Part shown: positions 60,247-64,000 of the stretch, one piece after another
How the letters are laid out: each line of letters begins with the position of its first letter
Numbering within the stretch: position 1 is the stretch's first letter
NCBI GenBank assembly: GCA_011772965.1
Contig: WVYN01000014.1
Span: forward strand, 161,002-225,001
Reading direction: 5' to 3'
Source: Gammaproteobacteria bacterium
Lineage (GTDB): Bacteria > Pseudomonadota > Gammaproteobacteria > Eutrophobiales > Eutrophobiaceae
Length of the DNA stretch: 64,000 bases
Position numbers and translations under genes: made by a program
The notes under the pieces: generated by a model
Databases searched by the model: none
Seen by the model: only the letters and a program-made list of their open reading frames with translations
What the model was told of the DNA's origin: nothing

Positions 60247-61161
60247 TTACTTCTTGCAAACGAGTTCACGTGCTTTAGTAAAAGCATCGCGAAAATCCAG
60301 GTAAACCGGCTCGTCAGTCTCGACCATCATGTGTAACAGGGCTTGTTGTAAGTTATATTTAATATCGCCAATTGCAAGTGCTCCAATACCAACTGCACCA
60401 TCTGAATTGGTGGCATTTTTAAGAGGAGCCCCGAAATCATTCACTTTCATGCCTCTTATGCCAAGTGGAGGTACAGCATTTACATCACCAGCAACCTTGA
60501 GTGATTTAGCATCTCCAAGCACTCTGTCAGCTAATACTTCCACCCCTGCCTTTGCGACACAAAAAACTATATCTGCATAGGCAAGTAAATAGGCCTTATC
60601 TGCATCTGAACATCCATATGTACCTTCCATTGAAGAATTACAGAGTTTATTGTATTGAGAGGCAATACTTTGTGCATTTTCAATACTCATATGAGAAACA
60701 ATGGTCGTTTTAGCACCCGCAAGAGAAACGATTACACCAGTTGCAATACCTACCGGCCCTGTTCCTCCAAAAATAACCGCATTACTATTTTTCAATTCTT
60801 TATTATGTTTTTCCTTTAACTCTTTCTCAACACATGCAACCAAGGCTGCAGCTGTTGTAAAAGCACCACTTGGATCAACCAACATAGAGACTTCAAAAGG
60901 TGGCACCATTGCTTTTTTGCTGGCTTCCAGCATATCCATTGCTAAATTAATATCCCGTCCACCGATAAAAATGCTCGTGTTTTTCACTCCCGAAGGACCA
61001 CGGGAAAATATTGCATCCTGCACCAGGCTGTTTATTTGTTCCAGCTTGACATTTGAATGGGGGATAACTTTATCGAAGCCGGCGTCTATTGCCATATTGA
61101 TGTCGAATGGGCTTGTATGCTCCATTGGGTCTAGCATATGAATAACTTTTTGTTTATCCAT
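60247..61161 (-). CDS. mtdB: NAD(P)-dependent methylene-tetrahydromethanopterin dehydrogenase
   Basis: SPFDINMA.DAG, LVQDAIFSRGPSG, FIGGRD, MVPPFEVS..VDPSGAFTTAAA, GGTGPVG, DVNAVPP.G, GIGALAIG.IKY. Confidence 0.92.
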   Translation of the reverse strand: MDKQKVIHMLDPMEHTSPFDINMAIDAGFDKVIPHSNVKLEQINSLVQDAIFSRGPSGVKNTSIFIGGRDINLAMDMLEASKKAMVPPFEVSMLVDPSGAFTTAAALVACVEKELKEKHNKELKNSNAVIFGGTGPVGIATGVIVSLAGAKTTIVSHMSIENAQSIASQYNKLCNSSMEGTYGCSDADKAYLLAYADIVFCVAKAGVEVLADRVLGDAKSLKVAGDVNAVPPLGIRGMKVNDFGAPLKNATNSDGAVGIGALAIGDIKYNLQQALLHMMVETDEPVYLDFRDAFTKARELVCKK

Positions 61162-61266
61162 TTTATAATTCCCCGTAAAGTAGAAGATGTTATTTTACTT
61201 TATTGAATAATTTCTTAAGCTATTATTATATAAACATCGGTTTGTAATGTTATTATAATAACTTAA

Positions 61267-61767
61267 CTATTCCCTCTCATTAATATTTCCCTTCCCTTTA
61301 ATGATTCTACTATCTTCTAAAGATAGGGTGCCTGGAAAATGAAATTTTACTTTAACGTTCACAATTCCGGCAATTTCCATTCCCTGAACCACTTTGCAAT
61401 CGATTGATTTTAAAGCATCACGTACTGATTCAGTAGCAGAATCGCAGCCCAAAACAATCGCGGTATCAAATTGTTTCGCGCGTTTTAGTAGTCTTTTGCG
61501 TTCGCCTGAAGTCCAAGCACAGGCTAGAAATTGTCTGGAGAGATAAGTATTTGTTTTTAAACCCATTGCTTACAGACGTGATTGTAATATTTTGATGTGC
61601 TGGTCTAAAGGAGGAGACCTGAGGAAAGTTTTAAAGAATTCAAAGATTGGTTTGTTGTTTCGCACGGCCAAACTGGTTGCAGGACACGTTCTGCAGGGAA
61701 CAATCAGGACAGACTTTGCATCTTCAACATCTGTCGTAATATCCAGGTCATTAAGATAAAGAGGCAT
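61267..61767 (-). pseudogene. Cys-rich protein (MetV-like cysteine pattern) interrupted by in-frame TAA at 61572-61570
   Basis: Two track ORFs share one frame separated by TAA-GCA; SVLIVPC..CP, LAC.W, AIVLGC..AT. Confidence 0.65.
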
Positions 61768-61920
61768 TTTGGTACTTCCTTCAGCTTGTTATTAGCTAAA
61801 TAATTCCTGTCTCAAGGATAAAAAAAATAAGAGCTATAGTATATTTAAAATATACTTGGATGCACATTGTGGAATGTAAAGAAAAAAATTTGAAGCCTTA
61901 AATCCGCACAGCCTGGAGTA

Positions 61921-62119
61921 ATGGAGGCGTTTACTAAACTTCATAAAACAGCTGTGGCCACCGGCCCTGAACACAAAAACAAAGGAGCTTATGGCCTTGG
62001 CAATCAGCATTACTTCTCGCTGCGATAACTGCATTGCTCATCATATTTATGATGCAATCGAAGCAGGTGCCACTAGAGAAGAAATCACTGAAGCGATAGG
62101 CTTGGCCATTCTCAGATGA
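61921..62119 (+). pseudogene. AhpD/carboxymuconolactone decarboxylase family remnant
   Basis: MEAFTKLHKTAVATG, frameshift at about 61966, then LNTKTKELMALAISITSRCDNCIAHH..DAIEAGATREEITEAIGLAIL and premature TGA. Confidence 0.8.
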
Positions 62120-62186
62120 AAACGGAAAAGACCTGTTAGTAAACAACCAAGCCTTTGCATAGTAATCAAATAAGGATTCACTTCAA

Positions 62187-63878
62187 CTACATAAGTGGAT
62201 CTTTAATTCCCAAACCATAAATTGCAACTATACCCAGTGCACCTACTGCAAAGACGTAGTAGATGGTTGGAATGATCGTCATTCTTAGAGTTTTTCCTTC
62301 TCGCCCCAGAAGACCAACGGTTGCTGATGCTGCTACCACGTTATGGATTGCAATCATATTACCGGCTGCGGCACCAATGGCTTGCAGTGCTACCAGAAGA
62401 GCACCAGAAATAGACAGCGCATGGGCAACTTCAAACTGGAACTGACTCAGCATCATATTAGAGACCGTGTTGGAGCCTGCAATAAAAGCACCCAAGGCAC
62501 CTACCGTTGGCGCAAAGAAGGGGTAAATTGTGCCAAAAGCGTCAGAAACAAAACTTGCCATAGCAACTGGCATGGATGGAAGATCCCCCATGTTGACGCC
62601 GGAGTTGATGAGAATTCGCACCATTGGAATAGTGAATACTAGTACGAACCCAGCACCAACAAGTGTTTTACCAGCTTCGCTCGCCGCTGCAACAACATGG
62701 GAAGGTTTCATCTTATGAAGGAACATCGTGACGAGGCATACAAAAAACAATATACCTCCTGGCAGATATAGAGGTTCAACAGAACCACTGATGCCTGCTT
62801 CTCCCAGAATATCGCTAGTACCGAAAGATACACTCTGGAGCATACCCTTTAATTCCGGAGATACTCGGCTGGCTACCAGGATAATCGCTAACAGAAGATA
62901 GGGTGCCCAAGCCATTGGCATAGAAATTTTCTTTTCGTCTGCACTAGGTGGCTTTGGAGTCAGAGAGCCAAACCAGTACTTAGGCCATTCATCCTGAGGT
63001 GCAAAATCCCAGGTGTCTTTTGGCAGTAAAAATCTCGCCTTGGCCGCGGGAACAACAATTGACATGCCAACTAATGCACCAATAATTGATGGGAATTCTG
63101 GGCCAAGGAATATGCCGGTTAACGCATAGGGAATGGTAAACGCAAGACCACCAAATATGGCAAAAGGAAACATTGACAGACCTTCAGTCCAGCTTTTGTT
63201 CTTGCCAAAGAAAAGAGTCAGCATAACGATCATTAGGAAAGGAATAAGGGTACCGACAATGGCATGACCAATAGCAACTTCAGAGGCAATCAATCGCAAA
63301 AATACTTCCCAGCTAGAGCCATTAGCAACCAAGTTTGCAGATATAGCCTGGGTATCGAGACCGGAAGTAACGCCGATAATGATGGGTGTGCCGACAGCGC
63401 CAAATGACACGGGAGTAGATTGAATCATCATACCGATCATGACTGCGGCCATGGCAGGGAAACCTATTGCAACCAGAAGAGGCGCGACGATAGCGGCTGG
63501 CGTTCCGAACCCGGAAGCGCCTTCAAGGAAACAACCAAACAGCCAAGCCAGAATAATGACCTGAACCCGTCGGTCTGGACTAATGTTAGTAAATCCTGCC
63601 CGGATAGTGGTTACTGCGCCTGAATACTGCAGTGTGTTTAGGAGCATGATCGCTCCAAATATAATCCACAATAACGAGATGGTGACAATCAGGCCCTGGA
63701 GACTGGCAGCCAGAACGCGATTGAAGCTCATATCCCAAATTAACAGAGCGATCGCTGCTGCCAGCAGGTAAACCACTGGCATTGCTCGGCGAGCGGGCCA
63801 GTTAAGGCCTACCAAAAGAATCGCAGCGACCAATATTGGTGTCGCTGCAAAAAGAGCTAAAATAGGTGTTGATATCAT
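62187..63878 (-). CDS. L-lactate permease (LctP/LldP family)
   Basis: [69 protein letters not shown]. Confidence 0.94.
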   Translation of the reverse strand: MISTPILALFAATPILVAAILLVGLNWPARRAMPVVYLLAAAIALLIWDMSFNRVLAASLQGLIVTISLLWIIFGAIMLLNTLQYSGAVTTIRAGFTNISPDRRVQVIILAWLFGCFLEGASGFGTPAAIVAPLLVAIGFPAMAAVMIGMMIQSTPVSFGAVGTPIIIGVTSGLDTQAISANLVANGSSWEVFLRLIASEVAIGHAIVGTLIPFLMIVMLTLFFGKNKSWTEGLSMFPFAIFGGLAFTIPYALTGIFLGPEFPSIIGALVGMSIVVPAAKARFLLPKDTWDFAPQDEWPKYWFGSLTPKPPSADEKKISMPMAWAPYLLLAIILVASRVSPELKGMLQSVSFGTSDILGEAGISGSVEPLYLPGGILFFVCLVTMFLHKMKPSHVVAAASEAGKTLVGAGFVLVFTIPMVRILINSGVNMGDLPSMPVAMASFVSDAFGTIYPFFAPTVGALGAFIAGSNTVSNMMLSQFQFEVAHALSISGALLVALQAIGAAAGNMIAIHNVVAASATVGLLGREGKTLRMTIIPTIYYVFAVGALGIVAIYGLGIKDPLM

Positions 63879-64000
63879 TCGATCCCCACGATTAACTACT
63901 CGGGATTCGTCACTGTACTCCTCCTAATTTATAGATACCGCAACCAAATCTTAGTCCATCTATCAAAATGATATATGAGGTTTTCTTCTGCACTTTACCG

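Overview
Chromosomal window of an uncultured-looking, probably marine Gammaproteobacterium (standard genetic code; taxonomy inferred only from gene content). The left ~46 kb is mostly core genome: slyD, an AddAB-type helicase-nuclease pair, egtD, msrB, cysG, dcd, apbC, metG, an rnf/rsx operon, srkA, tRNA-Ser(CGA), apbE, yajQ, a Fae paralogue, the complete proteobacterial dedicated sortase system (pdsS-pdsR-pdsO-target-class GN sortase), mscS, ttcA, a cold-shock gene and a rare tRNA-Arg(TCG). The right ~17 kb is patchier, with AT-rich stretches and several decayed genes; it holds a redox/sulfur cluster (OhrR-like regulator, exported truncated globin, YeiH-type exporter module, exported MsrB/MsrA), a monocarboxylate MFS transporter fused to a Cache sensor domain, an orphan mtdB and a lactate permease. 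Most notable: (1) an rnfABCDG operon with no rnfE whose RnfA has lost both [2Fe-2S] cysteines, while the other cofactor motifs are intact and a DUF484 gene sits in the rnfE slot; (2) the MFS-Cache fusion; (3) the OhrR-controlled exported globin. No CRISPR array, rRNA, transposase or integrase was seen. All family calls are from motif recognition by eye, not database searches.
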